The position numbers and the translations under genes were made by a program. From Vicugna vicugna (Eukaryota), in assembly GCA_013265495.1 (NCBI GenBank), contig MU058636.1, positions 1,302,001-1,366,000 of the forward strand: a stretch of DNA of 64,000 nucleotides, written 5' to 3'. Under the pieces are notes generated by a model that was given only the letters and a program-made list of their open reading frames with translations, did no database searches and was not told where the DNA came from. Below are positions 12,401 to 26,073 of the stretch, one piece after another (position 1 is the first letter of the stretch; every line of letters starts with the position of its first letter).

Positions 12401-15400
12401 GGAAAGCCAATTCTGTCTCAACCAAGAAAGCTGCAACACCTTGGCTTGTAGGTGTCATCGTGGATTTGGGAGTCAAGAAACGTGGACCTCATCCCTAGTC
12501 GATGTGGAGTGACTTGAAGCTTCTTTCTCCAATCTGTGAAAGTGGGACTAACATTTCCTGAGCTTTTCTAGCTCTAGAAGGATTTTCAAGATGACAGACA
12601 TGAGACAGAGTATGAGACTAACGAAAAAAGAAAAGGACTAATGATTCTGAAACTTACAGAGAGCTTGTGGAGATATTAAGTTCTTAGGGGTGACAGCAGT
12701 ATGGTGTTACTGTTATATAGACTGTCTCTCTGTTTTAGGCAGGTTTGTTGTTGAGCAGTATTTTGTTTTTTATCTAATCTGATAGTTCCTTCACAATACT
12801 ACAGATAAATTTAATCCATTTAGATTTATTGTAATTAATGAAATTGAGCCTATTTCTTCCATTTTATTTTGGTTTTCTATTTATCTTTTTTTCCTTTTGA
12901 ATCATATTTTTCCTATTTTCCTTCCCTCAGAGTTTGAGTGATAAAGCTTAAGTTTCAATTGGTTTGGAGGCAAGAAAATTCATCTCTTGTTTGGGTATGT
13001 ATTCATCCTTAATTTTTAACATACATATAAAACTTTAAACTTTCTAGTATTGGGTTTTGGGGAGGACAAGATTTAACAGGCTCTAACTACCCATGAAACA
13101 ATCCTTCCTACCCCACCCCATCTTATCACTGTCATCACCTTTTTTTAATACAACTTTTTAAACAATCAATATAATATAAAATTTACCAACATACTTCCAT
13201 CAATTCCAATGTTTCTTTATCCAAACTTTCCTTGGAACTTACACTCCCGCAGGCTAAATGCATATTTTCATGATACTTCAATGGGAGGCAGTAACTGGTG
13301 AACCCTCTGGCCCCTTTCTCTTCCCCAGCCTCATTCCTCCCAAGAGCCCTTCCACTCAAACCACCTCCAGAACCTAAAAGGAGCACATTATCCCACGAGG
13401 TGGCCCCTCTGCTCACCTCTGGAATCCCCTCTCTTCCGTCCACATAGTAGACTTCATTTCACAAACTTCAGATCTCTTCTGCGAAGCTTTCTCCTGAAGC
13501 CCTCCTCTCTCTCCCAGGAAGAAATGACCACTTTCCCTTTCACACGCTTATCACAGTGACGTGTTGTACACTTCTCTCCTCCTTCCCCACCTTTCTCTCA
13601 CCATGGCACACACACACGTCTAAGTGCGGAGCCCACAAGGAGACACAGGTAGGGCTGTTCTCCCCTGGGTGCCGCTGGTTGGGATCTCTGGTCAATCCAG
13701 ACACTTCCCAGCTGCCCAGGGCCCAAGAGGACTTCTTTCTCTACACAACTGTAACCCACTAGGGAAACACTGAATGGGAAGCTCTGCAAGACCAGAGCTT
13801 CTCATGCTCCCATCTTTGCATCCTCAATACCCACATCCACCCTGACACGACATCTCCATGAGTACTTTTGGAAATACTTATGAAGAAAAGGCACTCTTTA
13901 TGAAAACAAAAACAGAACACATTGCTATTAACTTAAAAATAATAAAGTCACCCCTCCTTCCATAAAAAGCACTCACACACTTATTCACTGCCAGGTAGAA
14001 GGCTTACTTAGGTCACTAAAGTAAAAAGCACTGAAATAAAATCAAAAGCAACAGTGCTCTAACTCCATTAAAAGACACCATGATTAAACCACTGTTCACA
14101 AGTCGGAAACACATGGTTGGCTCCCGCACCTAAGAAGCATTTCAATAAGAACATCTGTCAGTTATCACTGAAAAAACATCCACTTCTTGTTTTAACTTGG
14201 AAAAAAATTTTCTTTGGCACAGTTTTGGACGTGTGGATTACTACAGATGGAGATTCTACGCAAGCTTATACATCGCTCTGTAGACACCCCAAAATTCTTA
14301 GAAAAAGCTAATAATCTTTCTTTTGGAGAAGCAGCAGAAAAGAATAAGCCAGTAAGCACAGAGGATGAGGACGGTCTAGGGCACCCCACGCCAGCACGTT
14401 CTGTACCAACTGTCAGGGACTTCACGCTCTCCCAAAACCCTTCTCGACTGAGTACTTTCGTGAAAGCAAAGGCTGAACAGTTTCTCTTCCAAAACAAATT
14501 ATGTATGTAAACTGTCTCTTTCATCTCCTTCTAATACAAATTCTGTGCATAGGATTTTAACTGAGTGATTCTTATATTTAGGTATTTTCAACAACACTGG
14601 GTCTCTGAGTTTTTAATTCTATAACCCATAACTCCTCGTAATATCCAGCATTTACCTTTTTCTTCCAACAAAGTACTTTACAGATATTTAAATAATCCTC
14701 TTCCAGCCCATGAAACAAGGAGAGGTTTCAGACAAGCGACCTAAAAGGGAGGTGGGCATTTGCACAGCAGGTGATGAGAAGGACAGAGGCAGGAGGGGAT
14801 CAGTGCAATGATACGGCACCAGGAAACACCAGCAAATATAAAGGGAACACGGCCTGAAGCCTATGTCTCATTCTAACCATGACAAAAGGTTGGTGTGCTT
14901 TTTTTTTTTTACTATAAAAAGTAAGAGTTTTCTTCTGAAAGCAGTATTCCCAACTTACCTAAACATCTAAAACATTTTTGAGAACATCACAAATTAGAAC
15001 ATTTTTATTCCCAGACAAAGGAAGTACAATCTCTTTCTACAAACTATTCAAAACAAGGGGAAAAGCCAATCTATGTCCTTAGTTTGTAGTATAATCTAAC
15101 CGTTTTAACTTCAAAATAAATGTATGCTTTCGTAGAGGCCTATACCATTAATAAACTGTTTCTCGTGATGAAAATGAACTAAAATAACTGCATTTTATTT
15201 AAAAAATTCAATTTTGGTTCCCAGTACTTGCTGAGTTGGCATTAATTAGTACTGCCAACAAGTCCTCCTTACACACTGAGGGGAGAAAATAAATCATTTT
15301 ATAAAGGTGATAATAATAGCTACCAACACCACAGAGGGATTAACGACCGCCCAGGTGCCAGCCTACAACCCTGTGAACTGGGTATTACTTCGCTCTCATC

Positions 15401-15734
15401 TACAGATAAAAAAGCCATGGCACAGAGAAGGAACTTGTGCAAGTTCACACTCACACCTAGGGAAATAAACATAGAATCTCAAAAAAGTGCCCCAATTCAA
15501 ATCTTTTCTTAAATGGTATTGGAAAAGAAAAAAAATGTCAAAAATAGGTAAATAGCTGTGTGCATGAGGTATCACTAACCTCCAATAAATACTTTCGAAA
15601 AAAGAAATACATCTACTTTGGGCTGCAACCTTCCATAAATTCTGTAACAGTTAAAAAAACTGGGAAACTAGGTATAAGCCATTTAACTGTATCTGACTCT
15701 ATGCTCCTCACATTCCCTAAAACACAGTGAGGCC

Positions 15735-16665
15735 CAACCTACTGAGTGGGAGAAAACACTGCAAACCACGTATCTGATAAGGGACTGGCATCCAAAATAG
15801 ATAAAAGAATTCATACAATTCAACAGCAAAAACAATCTAATTTAAAGATGGGCTTAGGATCTGATTCGAAAGATGACACACAGACGGCCAACAGGCACAT
15901 GAAGAGACGCTCTACATCACTAGTCATGGGGGAAACTGAAATCAACACCACAGTGACACATCGGGGGAGGGCAGAGCTCAGTGGCAGCGTGTGCTCAGCA
16001 TGCACAAGGCCCAATGGGTTCAATCCCCAGTACCTCCGTTAAAAAAAAACCCACAATGACATATCACCTCACACCCATCAGAATGGCTATCATCAAAAAG
16101 ATGAGAAATAACAAGTGTTGCTGAGGATGTGGAGAAAAGGGAACCCTTGCGCACTGCTTTTGGGAATGCAAATTGGTGCAGCCACTACAGAAAACAGTAT
16201 CGAAGCTCCCCAAAAAAATTAAAACTAAAACTACCACACGATCCAGCAACTCCACTTCTGGATATTTACTGAAGAAAATGAAAACACTAATTCTAAAAGA
16301 CAAATGCATCCCTATGTTCACTGCGGCATTATTTACAACAGCTGAGATACGGAAACAACCAAAATGACCACCAATGGATGAAAGGATAAAGAAGCTGTGG
16401 TGTATGAATACAACGGAATATTACTCACCCATAGAAAAGACTAAAATCTTGCCATTTGTGACAACATGGATGGACCTAGAAAATATTATGCTAAATGAAG
16501 TAGATCAGACAGAGAAAGACAAATACATTATCTCACTCATATGCATAATTTAAAAAACAACCCCCCCCCACAAGCTCACAGAGAACAGACTGATGGTTGC
16601 CAGAGGTGGAAGGGGAGAGGGGAGAGATGGGTGAAGGGGGTCAAAATGGAAAAAAGAAAATAATT
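15735..16665 (+). mobile_element. L1 3' part (ORF2 C-terminus and 3'UTR)
   Basis: WEKxxANHxSDKGLxSKI and [11 protein letters not shown] motifs; TGGTTGCCAGAGG 3'UTR; A tail. Confidence 0.9.
15963..16049 (+). mobile_element. vic-1-like tRNA-derived SINE inserted in L1
   Basis: GGGGAGGGCAGAGCTCAGTGG...GGGTTCAATCCCCAGTACCTCC plus A tail. Target-site duplication CCACAGTGACACATC / CCACAATGACATATC. Confidence 0.85.
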
Positions 16666-17614
16666 AATTGACTGATGAATTAAACATGATTAGAGTTCCC
16701 AAAATGCTATCAATAAGCATTTATAAACTCTCAAAGGATCAGAGAACACTGAGTTTTACATGTAGAAGGAAACACAGAGCATTTGCCAGTGTCTAGTCCA
16801 AACCCTTCATTTTACAAAGCTTGGAAGGCTTCAGAGACTTCCCCACATGTACAGATCTAAATGTCAAAACCCGGACTAGAAGTTTCCTTCTGGTCCAATT
16901 GCTCTTTTAAGTTTCTGGAATTGAACTACTCAAAGAGAAATCAAAACAAAATTAGATTATTTAAATCTAAAAAATGAAGGTTTCTGGAAAGGAATTAATA
17001 CTAAGTAAACAGATGCTTAAATAATCTTTCTTGGGACAGTAGATTTTCAAGAAAGCTTCAATAAATGTGACTTTAAAGGCAGGAAGAAAGAAACTTACGA
17101 CAAAATGGAAGTGGGCTCAGTCTCTGGGGGCTGGGTCAGAAGCCCAGAACCAAAGACAAGCAGGTACGTCATTGTAAGTCTGGCTGAAACAGGCCACATG
17201 GATCATGGGAGAGTAAATAATTAGCCTACTTTGAGATTTATTATAAAAACCAGAGGTGGAAGCAGAAAACCACAGGAGGTAACAAGCAAAGTCGCACATA
17301 ACAAAATGAGATCAGCATCTTCACACATGTTGCACATAATGGAACATGGTATTTAAAACCATACTTTCTAAGCATATTAACAGTTTCAAATCCCAATGGT
17401 CTTACCTTTACTTGTGGTCAGTGCCAATAACACACAGCGAAAACTAAAATGTAAATTTTTATCTGGGGTATAAGCTCAATTAAATTTTTTTAAAAAGACA
17501 AAATAAGTGCTGGGAAGTAAAGTTGTTTTCTTTGTGCTTCCTTAAGAGTTTCCAAACTCTCTTTTATAGAGCATTTTCCAAATTTTCTATAATGAGCATG
17601 TGTAATTTTTTAAA

Positions 17615-17825
17615 AAATTTTTATTAAAGTATAATTGACTTACAGTGTCGTGTTAGTTTCTAGTGTACAGCAAAGTGATTCGGCTATATATATTCTTTTT
17701 CATATTCTTTTCCATTATGGTTTAATACAGGATATTGAATACAGTTCCCTGTGCTCTGCAGTAGGACCTTGCTGTTTATCTACTTTATATATAGCAGTTT
17801 GTATCTGCTAATCCCAAACTCCTAC
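17615..17825 (-). mobile_element. Short L1 3' end
   Basis: GTGTTAGTTTCTAGTGTACAGCAAAGTGATTC...GTTCCCTGTGCTCTGCAGTAGGACCTTG. Similar flanks (GTAATTTTTTAA / ATAATTTTTAA). Confidence 0.8.
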
Positions 17826-20800
17826 GTATAATTTTTAATGTCCAATATGCATTTTAGTCAAATTCAAAAGATCAGCAGGCTTATATGAAACCTTTATCAT
17901 ACTTATTCTAAACGTTCTCTCCACTAAGGTCCTGAAACACATGTTCAAACATTCTTTATCAGTATTAAACCATTTATATGACAGAAAACTCCTTATTTTT
18001 GAAGTTTCCATCCCTCTTAAATCAACATTAGAAACAGCAAAATTAGTAAACCAATGGCAACTTAGCTTGAATGTTCCTATCACAGAAATACTATTTTACT
18101 AATAAAACATTAACAAAAATTAATTAAATATTTCACTAATAAAAGAATTATATCCATCCTATTTCTTGAAAAAGGAACAAGGAATTTTACTATTTAATAT
18201 TCTGACTGTATGAATCCCTCCGCCCCATCCCCGACAAGGCACAGGCTTTGCGGTTTTCTCTCCTTCCCTCTTTCTGGAGTGATAAACTGCACTGACCACA
18301 CACACATTTGACTCCTGGTCAGTGACTCAAGTCTCAGTGAGACTCAAACAATTAGACAAGACAAACAGCCGGTCTCACCTGGGACCTTCCTGCAATAAGC
18401 CAGTTATTCACTGCTACATCCAGTTCCCACGCCCGGGGTGCTGCGCTAGGCAAGGTTTTTCGAAGTAAAAGACCCACTGAGCAGCTGATTTGTGGCCTCG
18501 GCCTCACCGTGTTCTAAGCGATGGAGATGACCCCCTAGTGTCGGGGGGTGGAAAGTAGCCAGGCAGGGCCCCCATGACCTACCACCTTCACCAGAACAAC
18601 TTCTCCTTCAGCCAACCCTCTCCCAACACCCACTCCCAGCGGGGACGCCCACCACTGGAACCTGAGGAGTGCAGAGCCCCCACCACCGTGCTCCTCGGGC
18701 AGCCCTGACCCTGACCTGTGCTGTCACTTTCTAGTCCTGGGCCACCAAAAGCTCCTCTACAACTCCCACTTCAATTTCAAAACACAGGCCACCCCTCTAT
18801 ACGTGTTCAGCCACTCTCCCCATTATTTCACAACTGTTAAGCACACTATTAAACACTAGGCAGCTGCTCTTTGCCAAGTCTGAAGCTACTTCAGCAGCAG
18901 AACAAGCACCACGTGATACTGAAATTATTTCTTGGACCAATAACAAGAGGCATTTCTACAGGTACCCTGAAAATGTATTCACTGCAGCCTAAACATAATC
19001 ATTCATTTGGGTCAGGCTAAAACACGAACCTAAGAGAAACAAACTTCATTAATGTTCACCCGTCAGCGGAACAGTAATCTAGAATGAGGCATATCTGAAA
19101 AGATTTGCTTTTAACAGTTACTCAGCCCAATTAAGGTACTGCTGATTTGCCCAGGTACTTTATGCTGACAAATGACAATATTACGTCGCCGTTCTTATTT
19201 ATGGAATAAAATTTCAAACTCGTTATAAATCTTTTCCCACCTGCTGATTCTCTGAGAAATCGTTCTGTTTTGGTGTGGCCCCTGTTCTCTCCACCACTCC
19301 CCACACAACCCCAACCTCAACCACGTTTTACCGGACTCACTCCCCCTGGACATGTGCAGGAGAAATGAAGGGCTCTGGGAAACCTCTACTGTCTGCACAA
19401 CTCCACCAACTGCAGAAATAAACGACAGTCCTTCCCCTTACGGTCTTTACAATCTAATGAACAGATTAAGAGAAAAATTTACAATACAGGAAGCATGGTA
19501 AGTGCTACTGAGATGACAAAAATGCTGTGAAATTAAATGTAGGGGATGGGCAGGGATAGACTTATTCAAGTAAGGCTACCTGCTTGAAACAGCTATGAAC
19601 GTGCCAGAAATTCACAAAGGCATAGAGGTAAGTATCTTTGCTTTTCTTGACTGTCAGTTTTGTAACTGTCAGAAGATAGAATGAAGTTTTCTTTAAAGAA
19701 TAAGACTGCAGATCACTTTGAGATGTGCAGCACCATTCTGGGAGCACACCAGAATTTATTCAAATAGGAACACAGACACACCCAATTTTAACACTACGTT
19801 TGGAGCAATCTCATTTGGCCAGGCACTGATGTTTCTGTATCCACCAACAATACACACAGGCCACACACAGTGAATGCACCTGTACAGCAGCCCTCGAAAG
19901 ACCTTAGAGGTCTAAAATCCTTGAGATCAAAATCCCACTTACTCAGTGCGTGACTTGGCAAATCTCTCTGTGCCTCATTTTCTTAACCTGGTTAGAGCAC
20001 GTATTAATACGTTTATGTAAATACTGTTTGTCTCCCTTAACTAGAATGTAAACACCATGAAAGCAGAAGCAGTCTTGGTCACTGCTGTATCCCCAGCACT
20101 CAGCTCAATCTCTAGCACTTAGTAGGCGCTAAATGTATACCTGATACACTTGAGCGGATGAACAGGTCAGTAAAGAATAACACATCACTCAGAAACTCTA
20201 GACTTTGACAACTGAACTATGATCCAAACAATCTGTGTAGCTCAGCAATCTGGCAAGATTATCACTTTCAAAGATTTAATTATCACATTTCTTTTGAAAT
20301 AAAGTAAGATAATAACTGGCATAGCCAAAAATAATTAATCTACACGACCCTGGGAAATCCTCTTAATACAGTCCCTTTAACATCAATGCCTTCTTAAAAT
20401 GTGAACTGAGAGAGAAACAAACACCCATTTGAGAAAATGGATTCTTCAGTGATTCATCCTTCAATATGATTTAATACTGTAGACTTTAATCCCACCTGAT
20501 TTCAGCCATTTTTTCATACTGTTCCTCAGCGTGCCCTATAGAATCTGCTTTTAAAGCATCTTTCCGATCCGATTCACACCTTATTAAAGAAAGGTACATG
20601 AAATGTACTACCTTTAAATGGAAGATTGCTTGGGGGATTTCCTATATGCATAAACAGGGCCGGTAAGACAGAAAACTGAAGGAAAGATTTCAGAAGTCTA
20701 TAATAACATAATCACTAGGCCACGTTGCGAAGAATAACTTTTTTCTGTGACGTCTCATCATTAAGATCGCTAAATGGAAGTCTTAAGGAGCTGATGAAAC

Positions 20801-21189
20801 GAATTCGCCCCATTGTTTGGAAAACAGGTCCTTCTGGCCAAGCACAAAACACCAAGATTTAAATACACACACGTTCTGCTTAACTCGGGACTTTTCAACA
20901 GGCATTAGCACTTTCCCCTGAAAGTCGATTTAAATGCCCCAATAACAAACATACAGCAACCTTCGCCGTCAGTTCCTGCCCAGGAATACTTGAAACCGCA
21001 CGCAGATGCAACTGGCGCATTAAAGTAAACAAATGACAGGAATGCTTAAGCTGTTTTCGAGATTAACGTGGATTCGCAAAGACAAGACTGCCACCTGGAC
21101 ACACGGTGGAAACGGGAGAGCTCTTCCTCTCAGGAAGAGTAGAAAAGGGGGAAATTTTTCAACAGCACTTATTTAAAGTTTCCACCTTC

Positions 21190-22300
21190 ACACACACACC
21201 CCGTCCCTCGGCCCCGGTGGGGGGTCTTGGCCTCGCCAGAGGCGCGGGAAGGAAACCCGAGCCTGATTTCCGTCCCCTCCCGGCCAGGAAGGAGACCCTG
21301 CCTTCCTGCCGCAGACCCCACGCCCGGGGACCCTGCCACCCGGCCCAGCCGCCGCGGACGGAAACGCGGGCGCTGCTCGTGTCCTTCCACCTCCATCCCC
21401 GGCCAGGCCCGTGCCCCGCTCGCGCGCCCACCGCCCGGGGCGCCCCGACGCCGCGGGGGGACCGAGCAGCCGAGCCCGGGGCACCGACGACCGGCGCCCC
21501 CCCCGCCGCCACCCTCGCGCCGCCCGCTCCCGGGGNNNNNNNNNNNNNNNNNNNNNNNNNNNNNNNNNNNNNNNNNNNNNNNNNNNNNNNNNNNNNNNNN
21601 NNNNNNNNNNNNNNNNNNNNNNNNNNNNNNNNNNNNNNNNNNNNNNNNNNNNNNNNNNNNNNNNNNNNNNNNNNNNNNNNNNNNNNNNNNNNNNNNNNNN
21701 NNNNNNNNNNNNNNNNNNNNNNNNNNNNNNNNNNNNNNNNNNNNNNNNNNNNNNNNNNNNNNNNNNNNNNNNNNNNNNNNNNNNNNNNNNNNNNNNNNNN
21801 NNNNNNNNNNNNNNNNNNNNNNNNNNNNNNNNNNNNNNCCCCGCCGCGGGCCCCAGCCCCCGCCTGCCGGCCGCCCGCCCCCAGCTCCTCCCCGGCGCAG
21901 GGCGCAGCCGCTGCCTCGGGGCCCGCGCCTGCCCGCGAAGCCGCCCGCCGCACACCCCGCCCAGCGCGCTGGGGAGCGGGCTCCGCTGAGGCCCTACTGC
22001 CCGGCCTGCCCGGCAGCTGCGCGGCCCGGCGGCGCGCCCCGCCCACTCCGCGCACCGGCCCCGCCCACTCCCCCGCGCAAGCCGCCTCGGCCTCGGAGCG
22101 CGCGCGACGGGGAACTCCGGCGCCGGCCACACCCCGCGCTTGGCCGAGGCGGGGCTCGGGTGGGCACGCCTCCCGCCCGCGTCCCTCGCGGTCCTAGAGC
22201 CCGCGAGCCCGGGCAGGGGCCAGAGGGGCACCGGGGGCGACTCACGACCAGCGCTAATCCTGGAAGGGACTGACCCGCAGCCTCCACCAAGGGCGAAGGG
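21190..22300 (-). promoter_or_regulatory. USP12: CpG-island promoter, inferred USP12 promoter and first exon
   Basis: Very GC/CpG-rich with many GC boxes (CCCGCCC). The identity is inferred from synteny: USP12 is the divergent upstream coding neighbour of RPL21 in mammals. The coding exon itself is not visible. Confidence 0.65.
21536..21838. other. Assembly gap (303 N) inside the CpG island
   Basis: Run of N flanked by extremely GC-rich sequence. Confidence 0.99.
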
Positions 22301-24505
22301 CCAGCTCGTCCCCACTGCCCAGACAGAAAACTGGTGGTGACCACAATAATTCTGGGTGCGGTGGGAGGAAACCTGCTTCTGTACGGTAACGCAGCGTCCC
22401 AAGCTCTTAAAATCTAAGGTGGTTTGTTTCTTTTTACATGGGTGAATCAGCTGGGTCAAAACACCGTAATTTATCGAAAGACAAATTAATTAAATAAAAA
22501 CGATGCATATCCTCCTGCTGTTTGACCATACATTTAGAATATGGTTATAAATATAATTTCTAAATATATTTGTTCTGAAAGTTGAATTGGAAAATAGGGA
22601 AGGTCTCAACCCAGACAGCTTGGCTTCACTTCTTCTCACTTGAGAAAGAAGTTCAAGTTAGTAGAACAACTTTATAAATTATTGTATTAGAAAGCTGGCG
22701 ATATTTCACCATTGGAGGAACTGTACTGATGGGGGTCCTTTTTTGGGTTCCCCCATCTCAGTGCCGCAGAAATTCAGACAAATCTCTAAAATCAGATATG
22801 CTTTACCTCATAAGTTCAAAACATTCAAAAACATTCAAAAAAATTAGGTGAAAAACAGATGTCTGGTACATGAATGCTGTTTCCATAGTGATTTCCAGTA
22901 TAAGCTTGCTTAGGGGAAAAAAATTGCAAACAGAATATAGCCAAGTCCCATAGTAGCTGGTCTGGTTCTCCAGGCACCTGCCTCCCTGGAGTGCTAGGGC
23001 CTGTTTTTCACAACCACACATCAGGTACCTGGGACTGCTCACCTCCTGTTTTCCCGCCTAGACTTGGAAGTATCACCCACCTGAGTTCTTTCTTGCTATG
23101 TTCCATCCTGCTTAGGCCTCCAGGGTACGCCTGGGCCTTGGACCAGTGTCGCCATGGCCCTGGATCCTGTCTGTCTTGCCTATTTGGATAAAAGTCTATC
23201 ATCGTTCTGTCCTCCTCCTTGCTATTCTGTTCCAGCAAACAGGTCTATGTACCAGAATTTGAGCCCCATCTCCATCTCTGCTGCCCACCCAGATTCCCTC
23301 ATCCACGAATCCTAAACTGTCACAGGAACAGATGCCATCAGCTTTATATCTAATTTTATATGAGAACAAGGGCTTTTCCAAATGGATTTCTGGTAGAATA
23401 GTATGGAGCTGTGTTTACTTGATTTTATAGCCATCTAAATTCACAGGTGATACCACAGATCCTAACGGCAAACCTCAGTGCCTCATCTCCCCAGCCTAAG
23501 GAAGGGCACAAACACAGAGTCCTCTATGGGCTAGGTACTGCACTGGCTGGGGTGTTTTTTATCATATGTAACACAGTTGAAGATAAGATTGGACTGAAAC
23601 ATCACATTTTTGCCCCCAGAGCTTGAGAGGGATGTTCTGGGCTTAGAACACAGTTTTTACCTGCAGCTGTATCAGCTTTACAGAGAGCTTCATTGTGCAT
23701 AGGGAAAGAGGAGTTTGTGTGCAACTGACTTCTTTTGGGCCTTCCTGAGTGTACAAGCTACAAATTGTACCCAGATAAATTCAGGGACCAAGCAAGTAAA
23801 CAAATTAGGACCGAGCTTAATCCATTCAGTCAGCACAATGATTTTGAATGGTTTCATTTGAATAATTTTACCCAAGTCTTGTACTGCCCAGTTCCTGGCA
23901 AGCCACTTCATATTTTCTGTTACTCTTCCTGCCACCAGTTAACCACATGTCACTTCATGTATTTCTGCCACCTCTCTTCTCCCCGAAGGCATCTGGGTTT
24001 ACACTAGCTAACACAAATGAGTGAAATGCTGCCTGTGATGGGGCGGGGAAGGAAGTGGCGGGGAGGGGCGGGGAGGCGTGTAAGACATCCATAATGACAG
24101 GGAGTGCTTTCCAAGGGCTTACCTTCTCACCGAGCATTTTCTCAAATCCTCATAACAACTCAGTGGAGTAGGTGTGATGATCATGACCATTTTCGAAAGG
24201 AAACTGAGGCACAGAGATCACTTTCCCCAGGTTGTACAACTAGCCTGCAGTGGAACCAGGATGTTTAATGTGGCTCCAGAGGTCTCACTTGTACCCGCTC
24301 CGCTAACCCAGCTCATGTGGAAGTGCCTCATTTTGATTCTAGTCCAATGAGGTTCAGAGGCACTGATTCCTTTGGGACCTGTGTGCAGGTTTTAGCTACA
24401 AAGTAGACTCAGCTGGATGTTTCTTTGTCTCATTTCCTTATCTGGAAAACAAGGGTAATGATTATGCCCATCTCAGAAGTAATGAGGATAAAACACAGAG
24501 ACACA

Positions 24506-24672
24506 GGGGGCGGGGGGAGGGGAGAGCTCAGTGGTAGAGTGCATGCGTGCGTAGCATGCACGAGGTCATGGGTTCCATCCCCGGTACCTCTGTTAAATAA
24601 AAAAATAATAATAATGATAATACACAAATATGACCTCCCCCTCAAAATTAAACAAAAATTAGAAAAAAAAAT
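24506..24672 (+). mobile_element. vic-1-like SINE with long tail
   Basis: AGCTCAGTGGTAGAG A-box, GGTTCCATCCC B-box, AT-rich tail with CCTCCCCCTC. Confidence 0.85.
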
Positions 24673-25953
24673 GGAGACATGGTTATAGAGTAGTGCCTGG
24701 CACTCAGCACAAACTGGAGAGCTTTGAATGGACTTTCAGTATCAACATTTTAAAAGTCAAGATGGGCAAGAAGGGCCATCAGGCTGCCAATTTAACGCGC
24801 CTCTGCTGTGTACCAGTCACCCGACTGGTGTTTCAGATGTATTTTCTAATGTAACCTTCCCGTGCCCTTGGAGCTGGGTCAGTTTGTGCTCATTTTACCA
24901 CCTTCACCACGGCACTGCCCAGCCAGTGCAGAGCCAGGGGCCACACCCAGACACTCTGACTTGAAAACCCATGGTTCCTCCCCTTCTCTATCCTGCCCAT
25001 CGACAGCTGAATGACTTAGCCTCCTTCCTGATGGCGTTAATTAACAACAACCAGTTGTCAAGAGGTAGATGTTAAAAACAGTGATGATCTTGTTGGTTTG
25101 ATTCAACAAAGCAGTGACTTACTTTTCAGTGCTGACTTCTAATTCAGAAGAGTAAAGTCAAACCATACGCATTGTGGATATATGAGTTTGATTGTTGGGC
25201 AGGATGGCACAGAGTTAATATATCTAAAATGTTGTCATTATTTAACCTAGGTTTTAAACAGAGGGTCAAAGGCATAGCCCACTTTATGCTCTATTTAAAA
25301 TTGAAAAGTGAATTCATTCATTGAAACAAATATCTATTGGTCATCTACTGACGATTAAGAGAAATCTGCACCCTCAGGAAGCACACAGTCCACTGGGGGA
25401 TTTTTATGGAAAATAAGCTGAGAAAATGAAGAACTAAGCACTGTGGGCCCTAAAGGGGAGTGAGACCAGCTCTGCTTGCAGGAGGGACAGGCTGATGGCA
25501 GGTTCACAATCCAGAAAAACAGAATGAACAGTGCTAGGGGAGGGGAAGGCAGAGGGAATGTCACGAGCACGGACCCATAGGAGCACAAGGTGTGGGCCTA
25601 AGGTTGTGGAGTTTGTGGAGATAAGTATGGAATGTTAAAGTGACAATCCAACCCACAAGGAGACCAGCAAAGGTGACAGTCTCTGGTATCTCTGCCGTCA
25701 AGTCCATCAGTACGAGGTGGTGGTATCAGCCCACCTTAAAACCTGTTCCTTGCTCTTCATAATATCAACGTGGATTCCCAGCCCTGAAATTTGTTGAGAC
25801 TAAACATGGCAGAGAATCTCAAGGAGACATCAAACTAACAGGTCTGTAACTGAAGAGAAAACCTTGACTTCTAGTGAGCGCGGAAGTAAATCAGAATGTT
25901 TTCTTTGGTACTCAGCTCCTCACTAAGCAGAGCCTGACTATAGGAGACTGGGT

Positions 25954-26073
25954 GGGGGGGGATGCTGGGGAGGATGCAGGGGAAGATGCTGGGGAGGATG
26001 CAGGGGAAAATGTGGGGAGGATGCTGGAGAAAATGTGGGGAGGATGCAGGGGAAAATGTGGGGAGGATGCTGG
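25954..26073. repeat. G-rich minisatellite (11-12 bp units GGGGAGGATGCW / GGGGAAAATGT)
   Basis: About 10 tandem imperfect units, directly visible. Confidence 0.9.

Larger units (their letters stand above)
1..21535 (-). other. USP12: Inferred USP12 intron 1 (partial)
   Basis: Lies downstream (- strand) of the CpG island. No USP12 exon-2-like coding sequence was seen, consistent with a long first intron. The + strand is A-rich (T-rich on -), as expected for a - strand transcribed intron. Confidence 0.6.

Noticed and set aside
14214..14510. ORF containing MEIL, like the USP12 N-terminus
   Set aside because: Wrong strand, and similarity stops after four residues.
21106..22459. Long ORFs (323-423 aa) across the CpG island
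   Set aside because: Produced by GC-rich stop-poor DNA plus read-through of Ns. They are low-complexity Arg/Pro/Ala/Gly in all frames.
22725..22762. Short imperfect hairpin ACTGATGGGGG...CCCCCATCTCAGT
   Set aside because: Too short for a pre-miRNA and has no other support.
25954..26073. CRISPR-like array
   Set aside because: Contiguous short units with no unique spacers in eukaryotic DNA. It is a minisatellite.
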